From NCBI GenBank assembly GCA_022561215.1, contig JADFRQ010000004.1, positions 20,820 to 84,819 of the forward strand: a stretch of DNA of 64,000 nucleotides, written 5' to 3'. The DNA comes from Chloroflexota bacterium (GTDB taxonomy: Bacteria; Chloroflexota; Anaerolineae; Anaerolineales; E44-bin32). The first letter of the stretch is position 1. Each line of letters opens with the position of its first letter. The translations under genes were made by a program, and so were the position numbers. Shown here piece by piece: positions 54,749-63,708 of the stretch. Below the pieces are notes generated by a model that was given only the letters and a program-made list of their open reading frames with translations, was not told the DNA's origin and did not search any database.

Positions 54749-54897
54749 GTCATTCTGAGGAGCGAAGAAACTTCATAAGACGCCGCGACGAAGAATCTCG
54801 TTTTCCAATGAAAAAGATCTTGTCCTTGCACAACGAGATCCTTTCGACCTTTGAAAGGGACTTCACATCCGCTGGACTTCGATTCAGAATGACAGCC
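54749..54897 (+). mobile_element. MITE-like element, copy A (~149 bp)
   Basis: The terminal inverted repeats are GTCATTCTGAGGAGCGAAG and, at the far end, CTTCGATTCAGAATGAC. It matches 61398-61564 in inverse orientation over its whole length. Confidence 0.7.
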
Positions 54898-54939
54898 CGT
54901 CGTACCCTGCCTGGCGAAGCAATAGGCGATGGCAACGTA

Positions 54940-56484
54940 TTAACGATTTCCGAATTCGGAAAACAGCCACATAAACCCGCTAACCGTAACCAATAGAATA
55001 AGCGTATATCCCATGAGTTTACGCAAAATGGCCCCCTCGCTGCCAATCATACCCGCCGTGCTCGCGCCGACCACGATTTTCGTCGGAGCGATGACCGATC
55101 CGATCGCACCACCTGTAGTCTGCGCCGCCAGGATCAGGGGAATTTTAAAATTCAGCATTTCAGCTGTTCGCAGCTGTAGCAGGCTGAAGATAACATTTGC
55201 GTTTGTATTTGACCCGGTGATAAATGCTCCCAATGCCCCTATCCAGGGGGAAATGAGTGGGAATAAACTGCCGACGATTTCGGCCAATCCGTTGGAAATG
55301 GTGTCGATCATACCCGCATGCGCCATCACCGCAGCCATTGCCACCATTGTCGCAATGCTTAGGCTGGATTTCAACACTCCGCGCAGCGTGTCTTCCAGGA
55401 TGGCCTGCGCGGCACCATTGGCATACGAACCCTGTCGCTGATAAAAAATATACGACACAATCGAGGCATAGGTCAGGATTGCACCTGCATGGCGCAGCGG
55501 ATAAATTATTCGGCCAAATTCTGCCGGAGTCGAAAAACCATTCCCTGTTGTTAGTTCTGGGAAGGAGACCTGGATAACGATGCTACCCAATGCCTCACGG
55601 AGCGGTTCAGAAAATTGGATCACGAGGGTTATGAGAATCAGGACCACGTAGCTTGCGAGAGCATAAAAGACAGGCTTGATCTGCAGATCGTGCCGAAATG
55701 GCTCAGCTTGCCGTGTCTGTCGTCTTCGAGCGATATATAGACCGATTGCCAATCCTGCGAGACCGCCTCCGAATCCTGCAATGTGCCAGAATCCATTCAC
55801 GGCAAGCCAATATTGAGCACTGGCCATCGCGGTGCCAACGAAGAGGATCGGCAGCGTCAATCGCAACATGGCGCGCCAGCCAGAACTGGCGTGCAGCACA
55901 AGAAAACCGCTCACCACTCCAACCAGACCGAGCAAAAGCGCGGCCATCGGTGCCAGCTGCTCTCCGGGTATTCCGGTGGCCGCCATCAACGCTTGAAAAG
56001 ATAAGGCGAGCGATCCAAAAGTAACCGACCACGCCTGACCGATGGAAGGAACAACCACTGCCGTAATCGGAGAAAATCCAAGGCCAATCAACAATGGCGC
56101 GGTGATCGCTGTAGGAACGCCAAAGCCTCCCACCCCTTGAAGGAACGATGCGAAGGGCCAACCGATCAACAATGCTTGCATCCCACGATCGGAGGTCCAG
56201 CGCGGCAGCATTTCACTTAACATGCGCACCGCTCCAGCTTCATCCGCCACGCGATAGAGAAGAAAAGCTGCCCAGACAATCATCAAAACATCAAGCGTCA
56301 GCAGCAATGCCTTGCCGTGGGCGACAGCAAGAACATCGAGGCCCGCACCAAATCTTCCCATCGCCACCAACAAAGCCGCGAGCCAGCCAATGCTGCCCGC
56401 TTGCGCGGCACTCCAGCGAAAACGCAACATCAAGATAAGAATGAGCAATATTGGGGAGAGAGCGAGGATCCAGTTAATGAGCAT
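54940..56484 (-). CDS. L-lactate permease (LctP family)
   Basis: From the internal Met (MLINWILALSPILLILILMLRFRW), with GGAGAG RBS. It is polytopic, with LctP-like segments (GVGGFGVPTAITAPLL, GSNTNANVIF). Confidence 0.9.
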   Translation of the reverse strand: MLINWILALSPILLILILMLRFRWSAAQAGSIGWLAALLVAMGRFGAGLDVLAVAHGKALLLTLDVLMIVWAAFLLYRVADEAGAVRMLSEMLPRWTSDRGMQALLIGWPFASFLQGVGGFGVPTAITAPLLIGLGFSPITAVVVPSIGQAWSVTFGSLALSFQALMAATGIPGEQLAPMAALLLGLVGVVSGFLVLHASSGWRAMLRLTLPILFVGTAMASAQYWLAVNGFWHIAGFGGGLAGLAIGLYIARRRQTRQAEPFRHDLQIKPVFYALASYVVLILITLVIQFSEPLREALGSIVIQVSFPELTTGNGFSTPAEFGRIIYPLRHAGAILTYASIVSYIFYQRQGSYANGAAQAILEDTLRGVLKSSLSIATMVAMAAVMAHAGMIDTISNGLAEIVGSLFPLISPWIGALGAFITGSNTNANVIFSLLQLRTAEMLNFKIPLILAAQTTGGAIGSVIAPTKIVVGASTAGMIGSEGAILRKLMGYTLILLVTVSGFMWLFSEFGNR

Positions 56485-56955
56485 AAGCTCTCCAATGAAA
56501 CGAGCAAAATTATAGCATGTGCGCGTCGGCGACACGATGGATGCTATCCGCATATACCCGCTTTCCGATATTCCACTACAGAATGGGAACATTCCAAGGC
56601 TCACGAAACACTGCGGCTAGCGAATTATCGTAGGGATTCCGTAGGTTTAGTGTCGGGATTTCGTCCAGTCCATGGGTGACGTGAAACAGTAGAATAATAA
56701 GCGGAAGGGTGGAATCTCTTCTTCTCCTCCTTACTCGAGAGCCGGGGTCGGCGTCCTCGGCTCTCTGCGATTCCTCTCGCAAGTTTATACTCATTACCGA
56801 ATACGTATGCGTCAAGCACCTGGTGACGGCATCGTAAGAGATCCTACTTTTTACCACTCGAATTTAAATTATCATTACTTGGACAAAAAGCGCAGCACAA
56901 GAATTATGACTGCGGATCCATTAAGAAAATACGAGAAATTGGAGAAACGAGCAAA

Positions 56956-57237
56956 ATGAAGGCCATCTGGAACAATGAAATTATTGCGGAGAGCGATGAG
57001 ACCATTATCGTCGAAGGAAATCATTATTTCCCCCCGGAATCAATCGCCAAGGATTTTTTTGCCGGAAGTGACGCGCATACTATTTGCTCGTGGAAGGGCA
57101 CGGCCAGCTATTACGATGTTGTCGTTAATCAACAAGTTAATAAAGATGCTGCCTGGTTTTATCCAAACCCCAGCCAGGCTGCCAAACAAATAAAGGGATA
57201 TATTGCTTTCTGGCACGGTGTTCGCGTCGTGGATTGA
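56956..57237 (+). CDS. DUF427 domain-containing protein
   Basis: WNNEIIAESDETIIVEGNHYFPPESI...C.WKG.A.YY is the DUF427 pattern. Confidence 0.85.
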   Translation: MKAIWNNEIIAESDETIIVEGNHYFPPESIAKDFFAGSDAHTICSWKGTASYYDVVVNQQVNKDAAWFYPNPSQAAKQIKGYIAFWHGVRVVD

Positions 57238-57289
57238 TCGCCGCGGATACGTCTCCTGTACGACCTGCTCCCTGCTATAATCATTTTTT

Positions 57290-58861
57290 GTGAGCATTTC
57301 CCCCAACCAAGCCAATCGACAGATCACACGCGCGGCAAGCACTGTGATGGCCGGAATGGTCATCTCGAGCCTTAGCGGCCTGGCTGCCAGCATACTTGTA
57401 TCGCGTGAATTTGGCACAAGCGCAGAATTAGATGCCTTCTATGCAGCCAATCGCCTCACAGAAATTCTTTTCAACCTGATGGCAGGGGGAGCATTGGCCT
57501 CGGCCTTTGTACCTGTTTATACGGAACTATTAGCCAAGGATGATCGATCAGGAGCATGGCACTTCGTCTCTGCGATCGCCAACATCCTTTTCTTATCCAT
57601 GGGCGTGATTGCAATCCTGGCTGCAATCTTCGCCCCCTGGTTGGTCGAGAATATCATCGCCCCGGGATTTCATGATTCCTCACAACTTAAGCTTACCGTT
57701 GATTTAATGAGGACGATGCTGGCTTCGTCCGTCATCTTCGGACTAAGCGGATTGATCATGGGCGTGTTAAACGCCCGCCAGCACTTCATCCTCCCTGCAT
57801 TAGCCCCCGCATTCTATCGTTTTGGTTGGATTTTCGGGCTGTTATTTCTCGTCCCCCATTGGGGAATATTCGGGCTGGCGTGGGGGGTAGTCTTGGGCGC
57901 AGGATTACACCTACTGATCCAAGTTCCCGGATTTATCGGCTCCAAGTGGAGATACTCTCCTCAATTAAGGATCAACGATCCCGAGGTGCGCCAGGTTGCT
58001 CTGCTAATGGGACCGCGCGTTTTAGGCGTCGCCATAGTGCAGATTAATTTTCTGGTGAACACTATCCTTGCCTCGGGGCAGTCTGAAGGCAGCCTTGCGG
58101 CATTGAGTTTCGCTCTTGCCCTGATGATCATGCCCCAGGCGATCATCGCCCAGGCGCCGGCAATTGCCGCGCTGCCCACATTCTCCGAGCAAGTCGCAAA
58201 GGGAAATTTATCAGCCTTGCGATCCTCGTTCGTGAGCACACTGCGCGGTGTACTATTTCTTGCTCTGCCTGCAAGCATTGGTTTGGTTCTGCTCCGTGGA
58301 CCGTTGGTATCATTCTTGTTCGAACGCGGCGCCTTTGATGTTCGATCATCCCAATTGGTAGCATGGGCTTTACTATGGTACGCACTGGGTCTGATGGGGC
58401 ACGCGCTGCTTGAGATCATTGTGCGTGCCTTTTACGCGCTGAAAGATACACGTACACCGGTGTTGATTGGTGCCGCAGCGATGTTGCTCAATTTGTTGTT
58501 TAGCTTGTATTTTGCCTATCTCTTTGGGCAAATTGGATGGGCACCGCTTGGTGGATTGGCGCTGGCTAACTCGTTGGCCACGGCTTTAGAGAGTCTATTG
58601 CTGCTTTACATCCTGCAAAAGAGATTGCAGGGATTGGATCTGCTCAAGATGATCCGCGCATTGCGCCCGCTGCTCCTATCAGCAGGCATAATGGCGGTTT
58701 TCCTCTATCTCTGGGGAATTATTCTTGCGGATCAGCCAGTTGGGATCGTCGCTCTTGGCGGCATCACACTTGGAGCGGGGATTTACTTGATTCTTGCAAA
58801 TCTTTTACGCGCCCAAGAAGTTCGACAATTCGTAGATGGTTTTTTCAAACGATTTCGATAA
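57290..58861 (+). CDS. murJ: Lipid II flippase MurJ
   Basis: 523 aa with about 14 TM segments and MurJ/MviN motifs (FGTSAELDAFYAANRL, ALFPTFSE-like, RAFYALKDTRTP). Confidence 0.9.
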   Translation: MSISPNQANRQITRAASTVMAGMVISSLSGLAASILVSREFGTSAELDAFYAANRLTEILFNLMAGGALASAFVPVYTELLAKDDRSGAWHFVSAIANILFLSMGVIAILAAIFAPWLVENIIAPGFHDSSQLKLTVDLMRTMLASSVIFGLSGLIMGVLNARQHFILPALAPAFYRFGWIFGLLFLVPHWGIFGLAWGVVLGAGLHLLIQVPGFIGSKWRYSPQLRINDPEVRQVALLMGPRVLGVAIVQINFLVNTILASGQSEGSLAALSFALALMIMPQAIIAQAPAIAALPTFSEQVAKGNLSALRSSFVSTLRGVLFLALPASIGLVLLRGPLVSFLFERGAFDVRSSQLVAWALLWYALGLMGHALLEIIVRAFYALKDTRTPVLIGAAAMLLNLLFSLYFAYLFGQIGWAPLGGLALANSLATALESLLLLYILQKRLQGLDLLKMIRALRPLLLSAGIMAVFLYLWGIILADQPVGIVALGGITLGAGIYLILANLLRAQEVRQFVDGFFKRFR

Positions 58862-58920
58862 ACTGAGCGCCGTGAACAATCCACCCCCATAGCGAAGCAG
58901 ACCTTCCACCGCATTTTCGA

Positions 58921-59175
58921 TTACCCTTCAGAATTATTAATTTCGTCCGGACTCGATTTAGGAAACCCCTCGGATGAAAGCTGGATGAATTTCAGCTCTG
59001 CCTCTTCCAACAATGCGCTGCAACGTGCCGCCAGTGCCTGGCCGCGTTCGAACAATGCAATACCTTCTTCCAGGAGTAGTTCGCTCGATTCCATTTCTCC
59101 AACAAGCTGCTTCAACTCACTGATTGCCTCTTCATAGTTAAGCTCGGCAGGTGACTTGAGTTTTTCTTTCGCCAT
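58921..59175 (-). CDS. xseB: Exodeoxyribonuclease VII small subunit
   Basis: LNYEEAISELKQLVGEMESSELLLEEGIALFERGQALAARC is typical XseB. I start it at MAKEKL; the track starts 5 codons earlier. Confidence 0.85.
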   Translation of the reverse strand: MAKEKLKSPAELNYEEAISELKQLVGEMESSELLLEEGIALFERGQALAARCSALLEEAELKFIQLSSEGFPKSSPDEINNSEG

Positions 59176-59271
59176 TCGACTTCCTCCCAATCATTTTGGC
59201 AGAAAAGTATCCGAATCCCCACGTGTCACGAACAAGGCACAAGCCTTGTCGATCCTACTCTGCATTACAAC

Positions 59272-60507
59272 CTATTCGTCATCTTCGCCACGAAGCACTT
59301 CAACGTCAAACTCCCCATCCTGCACTTCGACTACCAAGCGATCATGCACCTCGACGTCATCCCTCGAGCGAATAAGCGATTCATCCGATTTTTTACGCAC
59401 GTAAGCGAAGCCTCGCTCCAATACCGCCCGTGGGCCAATAACGCGCAGCGTTTGCTGCAATCCCAGCACCTCCGCGGCCTTCAATTCAAGCGCATGGCGA
59501 ACAAGTGCCAGAGATCGCTGATGCAATTCATCAACCTGCAGTTTTGCATTACGAATTCGCGCGGCTGGGGAAACACGAAGCAAGGCATTTTTGCCGTCCT
59601 TGAGTTCCCAACGCAGCTTACCAAGTTGTTCTGCAAATTTTTGGCTTAACCGCTTCCTGCTGTCCTGGAGATCGACAGCGAGCTCCTCCCGATCCGGTGT
59701 CGCGATTTCAGCCGCGGCGGATGGAGTTGGCGCGCGTTTGTCCGCGGCGAAATCGGCTAGAATAAAGTCGGTCGCATGGCCAATTCCCGTTATCGTTGGT
59801 GCCATTGAGGCGGCCACGGCGCGGACGACGCCTTCATCGTTAAAAGGCGATAAATCTTCCATCGAACCGCCACCGCGGACCAGAAGAATTACATCCGGAT
59901 TGGCATCTTGGTTGAGCGTTTTAAGCGCACGTACGATGGATTGTGGTGCATCATCACCTTGTACATTTGCGGGGGAAAGAATAAGTTCGGCGAGCGGATA
60001 GCGTCGGCGCAAAACGTTAATTACGTCTTTCAGCGCGGCAGCCGTCGGTGAGGTAACTACCCCAATGCGTGTGGGAAATAGCGGTATCTTGCGTTTTAAC
60101 TCCGCTTGAAAAAGCCCTTCTTCTTCGAGTCGCCGCTTGAGAGCGAGAAATTGTTGGAAGAGTTCTCCTTTGCCCGAAACACGAATCTTATCTGCGTACA
60201 GCTGGTATCGACCTCCGCTTTCATAAACGCCGATAGACCCGTGAACTTCGATCTGTTCTCCCTCTCTGGGGTTAACCAAGAGCCGCGCAACTGCTGGCCG
60301 CCACATTACACACCGCACGACGGCCTCCTCATCCTTCAACGTGAAATACATATGCCCGGAACTGGGGATCGAGAGGTTTGAGACTTCCCCGGAGACCCAT
60401 AGGTCTTGCAACCTGTACTCGCTTTCCAAAACACTACGCACCATGCCGTTTAATTCGGACACAGATAAAACTTGAATTTCAAAAGAAAACAGCGGAATCC
60501 GACTCAT
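59272..60507 (-). CDS. xseA: Exodeoxyribonuclease VII large subunit
   Basis: The OB-fold N-terminus (LSVSELNGMVRSVLE...WVSGEVSN) and the catalytic region (IGVVTSPTAAALKD, RGGGS.EDL). Confidence 0.9.
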   Translation of the reverse strand: MSRIPLFSFEIQVLSVSELNGMVRSVLESEYRLQDLWVSGEVSNLSIPSSGHMYFTLKDEEAVVRCVMWRPAVARLLVNPREGEQIEVHGSIGVYESGGRYQLYADKIRVSGKGELFQQFLALKRRLEEEGLFQAELKRKIPLFPTRIGVVTSPTAAALKDVINVLRRRYPLAELILSPANVQGDDAPQSIVRALKTLNQDANPDVILLVRGGGSMEDLSPFNDEGVVRAVAASMAPTITGIGHATDFILADFAADKRAPTPSAAAEIATPDREELAVDLQDSRKRLSQKFAEQLGKLRWELKDGKNALLRVSPAARIRNAKLQVDELHQRSLALVRHALELKAAEVLGLQQTLRVIGPRAVLERGFAYVRKKSDESLIRSRDDVEVHDRLVVEVQDGEFDVEVLRGEDDE

Positions 60508-60623
60508 TCGCGTAGCATACCTGCGGCATATGTCGCTGTCAACAGCCGGTTATAATCGGGAACACTTACCCTGCCGCCATCCTATCTTTACAAGTTAAGC
60601 GGGAATTGCGCAGGGCAGGAGCA

Positions 60624-61121
60624 ATGGAAACAAAAATGCAAGGATCAGCATTAGAACTGCTCTTGGGCCAGGCGCTTGCAGAGCGAAATGAAACCCTGGC
60701 GACCGCGGAATCTTGTACCGGGGGGTTGGTTGGCCACCTGCTTACGGAGATTCCAGGTTCATCCGCCTATTTTTTGGGAGGCATCGTCGCTTACTCCAAT
60801 GCGGCGAAAGTAAAATTGCTTAATGTCGCTGCTTTGACCTTGGAAAAATTTGGCGCGGTAAGCCGGGAAACCGCGATCGAAATGGCCGATGGAGTGCGCA
60901 GCAACTTCGATGCCGACTTCGGCATCGCGGTCACTGGCATCGCTGGCCCTATGGGAGATCCATCGGATAAACCCGTGGGGCTCACCTGGCTCGCAATCAG
61001 CTCTCGAACGGAAACATTCACCAAATCCCATCAGTGGCAGGGAGATCGCTCGGAAAATAAGCGCCTCTCCGCAAATGCCTTGATGGAATTCTTGTTGAAG
61101 ACGATCCAGAGTTCAGGATGA
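60624..61121 (+). CDS. CinA C-terminal domain protein / nicotinamide-nucleotide amidohydrolase PncC-like
   Basis: LATAESCTGGLVGHLLTEIPGSS and GIAVTGIAGP motifs. The start could be 60606, 60624 or 60636. Confidence 0.85.
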   Translation: METKMQGSALELLLGQALAERNETLATAESCTGGLVGHLLTEIPGSSAYFLGGIVAYSNAAKVKLLNVAALTLEKFGAVSRETAIEMADGVRSNFDADFGIAVTGIAGPMGDPSDKPVGLTWLAISSRTETFTKSHQWQGDRSENKRLSANALMEFLLKTIQSSG

Positions 61122-61351
61122 ACCTGAATCTCGAAACGGGCCCTGAGGGTCGCTTTCCCAAATCCTTTGAGTGGCATGGGGTTCGGCAGGTGGTAATTTC
61201 TATCGGCAGGCATCGGATTGTGGATGATGAACTTTTCATGCTCATCATGGCAAACGAGGATAACATTTTTGAACTTGCTTTCCATCGATTGGAGCAAACT
61301 TGGCGGGTCCATCGGACTCCTCGGGATTTTGGGAAACGACGCTTCGTCTGA
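61118..61351 (+). CDS. Small hypothetical protein (DUF6504-like?), translationally coupled to cinA
   Basis: The ATG overlaps the cinA stop (ATGA). The pattern P.SFEWHG....V..I......FELAF.....W is reminiscent of DUF6504. Tentative. Confidence 0.45.
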   Translation: MNLNLETGPEGRFPKSFEWHGVRQVVISIGRHRIVDDELFMLIMANEDNIFELAFHRLEQTWRVHRTPRDFGKRRFV

Positions 61352-61397
61352 CGAACTCCCCTTTTTCGTCTAGTGCTCAGTTACGGTGGATGTAAAT

Positions 61398-61564
61398 GGC
61401 TGTCATTCTGAGCCGAAGCGCAGCGGATGCAAAGGCCTTTCAAAGGACGAAAGGGTCTAGTTGCACATGGACAAGACCATTTTTCATTGGAAAACGAGAT
61501 TCTTCGTCGCTTCGTTTTATGAAGCGCTTCGTCTTATGAAACTCCTGCGCTCCTCAGAGTAACA
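61398..61564 (-). mobile_element. MITE-like element, copy B (~167 bp, inverted relative to copy A)
   Basis: GGCTGTCATTCTGAGCCGAAGCG...CTCCTCAGAGTAAC. Its reverse complement aligns with 54749-54897, with an extra internal ~20-nt duplication (CTTCATAA[G/A]ACGAAGCG x2). Confidence 0.7.
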
Positions 61565-61693
61565 TCATTCCATTACTATCATCTTGACTCAGTGCTATGC
61601 TCTCCGATTAATCTCGGTAGAACTCTCGAGATCATGGAACTATCCTGCTGGTAACTTCGTCCATAGCATAAGAGTGGAATTGTTGGAGGCTAC

Positions 61694-61897
61694 ATGATGG
61701 AAGCATTGGGCGCCATCCTTATCATCTTCATTGGGCTTGCCATCCGTCGAAGCATGCATCTGCGACAGGCGCTAGTTCTGGCGCGGCTGCAGACTATGAC
61801 GACAATAAAAATGCAGCCCGAGATCGCCAAAGCGTGGAATGATCGCAGGATCATCAGAAGGCGATTGCAGGCTTATGGTTTCAAAATAGTCCAATAG
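61694..61897 (+). CDS. Small hypothetical membrane protein (67 aa)
   Basis: GGAGG RBS sits 4-5 nt before the ATG. It has an N-terminal TM helix (ALGAILIIFIGLAI) and a basic C-terminal half. Confidence 0.4.
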   Translation: MMEALGAILIIFIGLAIRRSMHLRQALVLARLQTMTTIKMQPEIAKAWNDRRIIRRRLQAYGFKIVQ

Positions 61898-61962
61898 TTT
61901 TCCCTGCTGCCGTATTTTGCAGGTCGCAAAGGCAGATTGGGATCTAATGGGCATAATAGTTA

Positions 61963-62436
61963 GTGAATAAGCGAACTCGCATAATCGCAAGCTTGGGGTT
62001 GTTGGGGACTATTGCGCTGCTGCTGGTCCTCCAAAACCTCGGAGGGACGCGCATTACCCCTGATGCGGCGATCGAAATTTCGCTGCAACAAACGCCGTGT
62101 TTCGGCTCTTGTCCGGGATACACAGTTTCAGTTGATGGCGAGGGCAATGTTCGCTATTTCGGGGAATATTTTGTAGCCCTAATGGGGGAAAAGTCCTCGA
62201 GGATAACCAGAAAAACCGTCCAGCAGCTCCTACGCACATTTAAAAGCGCAGATTTTATCAGTCTATAAGAATCCTACCTTAATACGAATACAACCCATAT
62301 GCCATCCGCGATCGTAACGATAAGTGTGGATGGGGTCACAAAACGTGTCGAACATTAATATGGCGATTTATCCGCGCCGGCGAAATTAACCAAACTGGAA
62401 GCCGAGATCGATCGACTACTACATACTGCGCAGTAA
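61963..62436 (+). pseudogene. DUF6438-like lipoprotein/secreted protein gene with two in-frame TAA stops
   Basis: The frame starting at GTG 61963 reads ...QQTPCFGSCPGYTVSVDGEGNVRYFGEYFV...SADFISL*ESYLNTNTTHMPSAIVTISVDGVTKRVEH*YGDLSAPAKLTKLEAEIDRLLHTAQ*. The internal stops are at 62266-62268 and 62356-62358. Colinearity with the CFG.CP.Y family pattern continues past both stops. Confidence 0.65.
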
Positions 62437-62467
62437 ACCCTGATTGATAGGACTGTGAACCGAAAAT

Positions 62468-63649
62468 CTAGCTCAGATAATCACGCAGCTGGCGCGCACG
62501 CCTGGGATGCCGCAATCGGCGCAGCGCTTTTCCTTCAATTTGGCGGATACGCTCACGCGTAAGTCCAAATTTCTGACCTACTTCTTCCAACGTATACGAA
62601 CGACCATTGTGCAGCCCAAAGCGCAGCCGCAGGATGCGCGCTTCACGCGGGCTAAGTGTCGAGAGAACATCTTCAATTTTATCGCGCAGCAGGTGTTGAT
62701 AGGCGCTTTGGGTTGGTGTGGGAGTTCCTTCGTCCTCCACAAATGAACCCAATTCCGAGTCCTCATCCTCACCCACCGGAGTTTCAAGGGAGAGAGGCCG
62801 CCATGATACCCTCATCATCCACTGCACCTTGCGCGCGTCGATTTCCATTACTACGGCGATCTCTTCTGGCGTGGCCTTGCGTCCCTTTTCCTGCTCCAAT
62901 TGGTGGGCGACCTTGTAAAGCCGTCGGATGCGATCGGACATATGCACAGGCACACGAATGGTGCGCCCCTGATCGGCAATCGCGCGCGTGATCGTCTGAC
63001 GAATCCACCATGTAGCATAGGTGCTAAAGCGATAACCGCGGTGATAATCGAATTTTTCCACCGCTTTCATCAACCCCAAATTTCCTTCTTGAATGAGATC
63101 GAGAAAGGGGACACCACGGCCCATGTATTTCTTTGCAATGCTAACCACGAGACGGGTGTTTGCCTTAATTAAGTGTTCTCGAGCAGCAATCGCATCTTGT
63201 TTTAGTTCTTTGATTTCAGTGCGTTTTGCGGCATTTAGTCGGCCATTCAAATTTACGTTTTCTGCTTCCGCATCTTTGCTCCGCTCGATGCGCGTCGCCA
63301 AATCGACTTCCTCTTTCAGGCTCAGCAAGGGAACGCGCGCCATCTCTTTGAGATACAGCCCCACCGTATCATCGCTGGATATTGCGCTGAGATCGAAGTG
63401 TTCGCCTTCGTCCAAGGCCACGCCTTGCAAGAGATGTGCGGGAACCTGTGCCAGATCTTCGTAAACCTCAATTCCCGTATTGCGGAAGAAGTTTTGCAGA
63501 CGCTCACTCTTCACCTCGGAATCATAAACTTCAGGGAATACAGTGATGATATCCTCTGTCGTAATGAATCCTTGATATTCACCTTTTTCAAGCAGTGCTG
63601 AAAAGGCCTCTCTTTTTTTCCATCGATCCTTGGATCTTTTCATCCACAT
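62468..63649 (-). CDS. rpoD: Primary RNA polymerase sigma factor (RpoD/SigA)
   Basis: Regions 1.2-4.2 are present (LVVSIAKKYMGRGVPFLDLIQEGNLGLMKAVEKFDYHRGYRFSTYATWWIRQ, TLEEVGQKFGLTRERIRQIE). Confidence 0.95.
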   Translation of the reverse strand: MWMKRSKDRWKKREAFSALLEKGEYQGFITTEDIITVFPEVYDSEVKSERLQNFFRNTGIEVYEDLAQVPAHLLQGVALDEGEHFDLSAISSDDTVGLYLKEMARVPLLSLKEEVDLATRIERSKDAEAENVNLNGRLNAAKRTEIKELKQDAIAAREHLIKANTRLVVSIAKKYMGRGVPFLDLIQEGNLGLMKAVEKFDYHRGYRFSTYATWWIRQTITRAIADQGRTIRVPVHMSDRIRRLYKVAHQLEQEKGRKATPEEIAVVMEIDARKVQWMMRVSWRPLSLETPVGEDEDSELGSFVEDEGTPTPTQSAYQHLLRDKIEDVLSTLSPREARILRLRFGLHNGRSYTLEEVGQKFGLTRERIRQIEGKALRRLRHPRRARQLRDYLS

Positions 63650-63708
63650 TCTCCTGTCGACGCCTTCTCTTCATCAAGATAAAGGTTGCGGGATGAATCC
63701 GTTCACAC

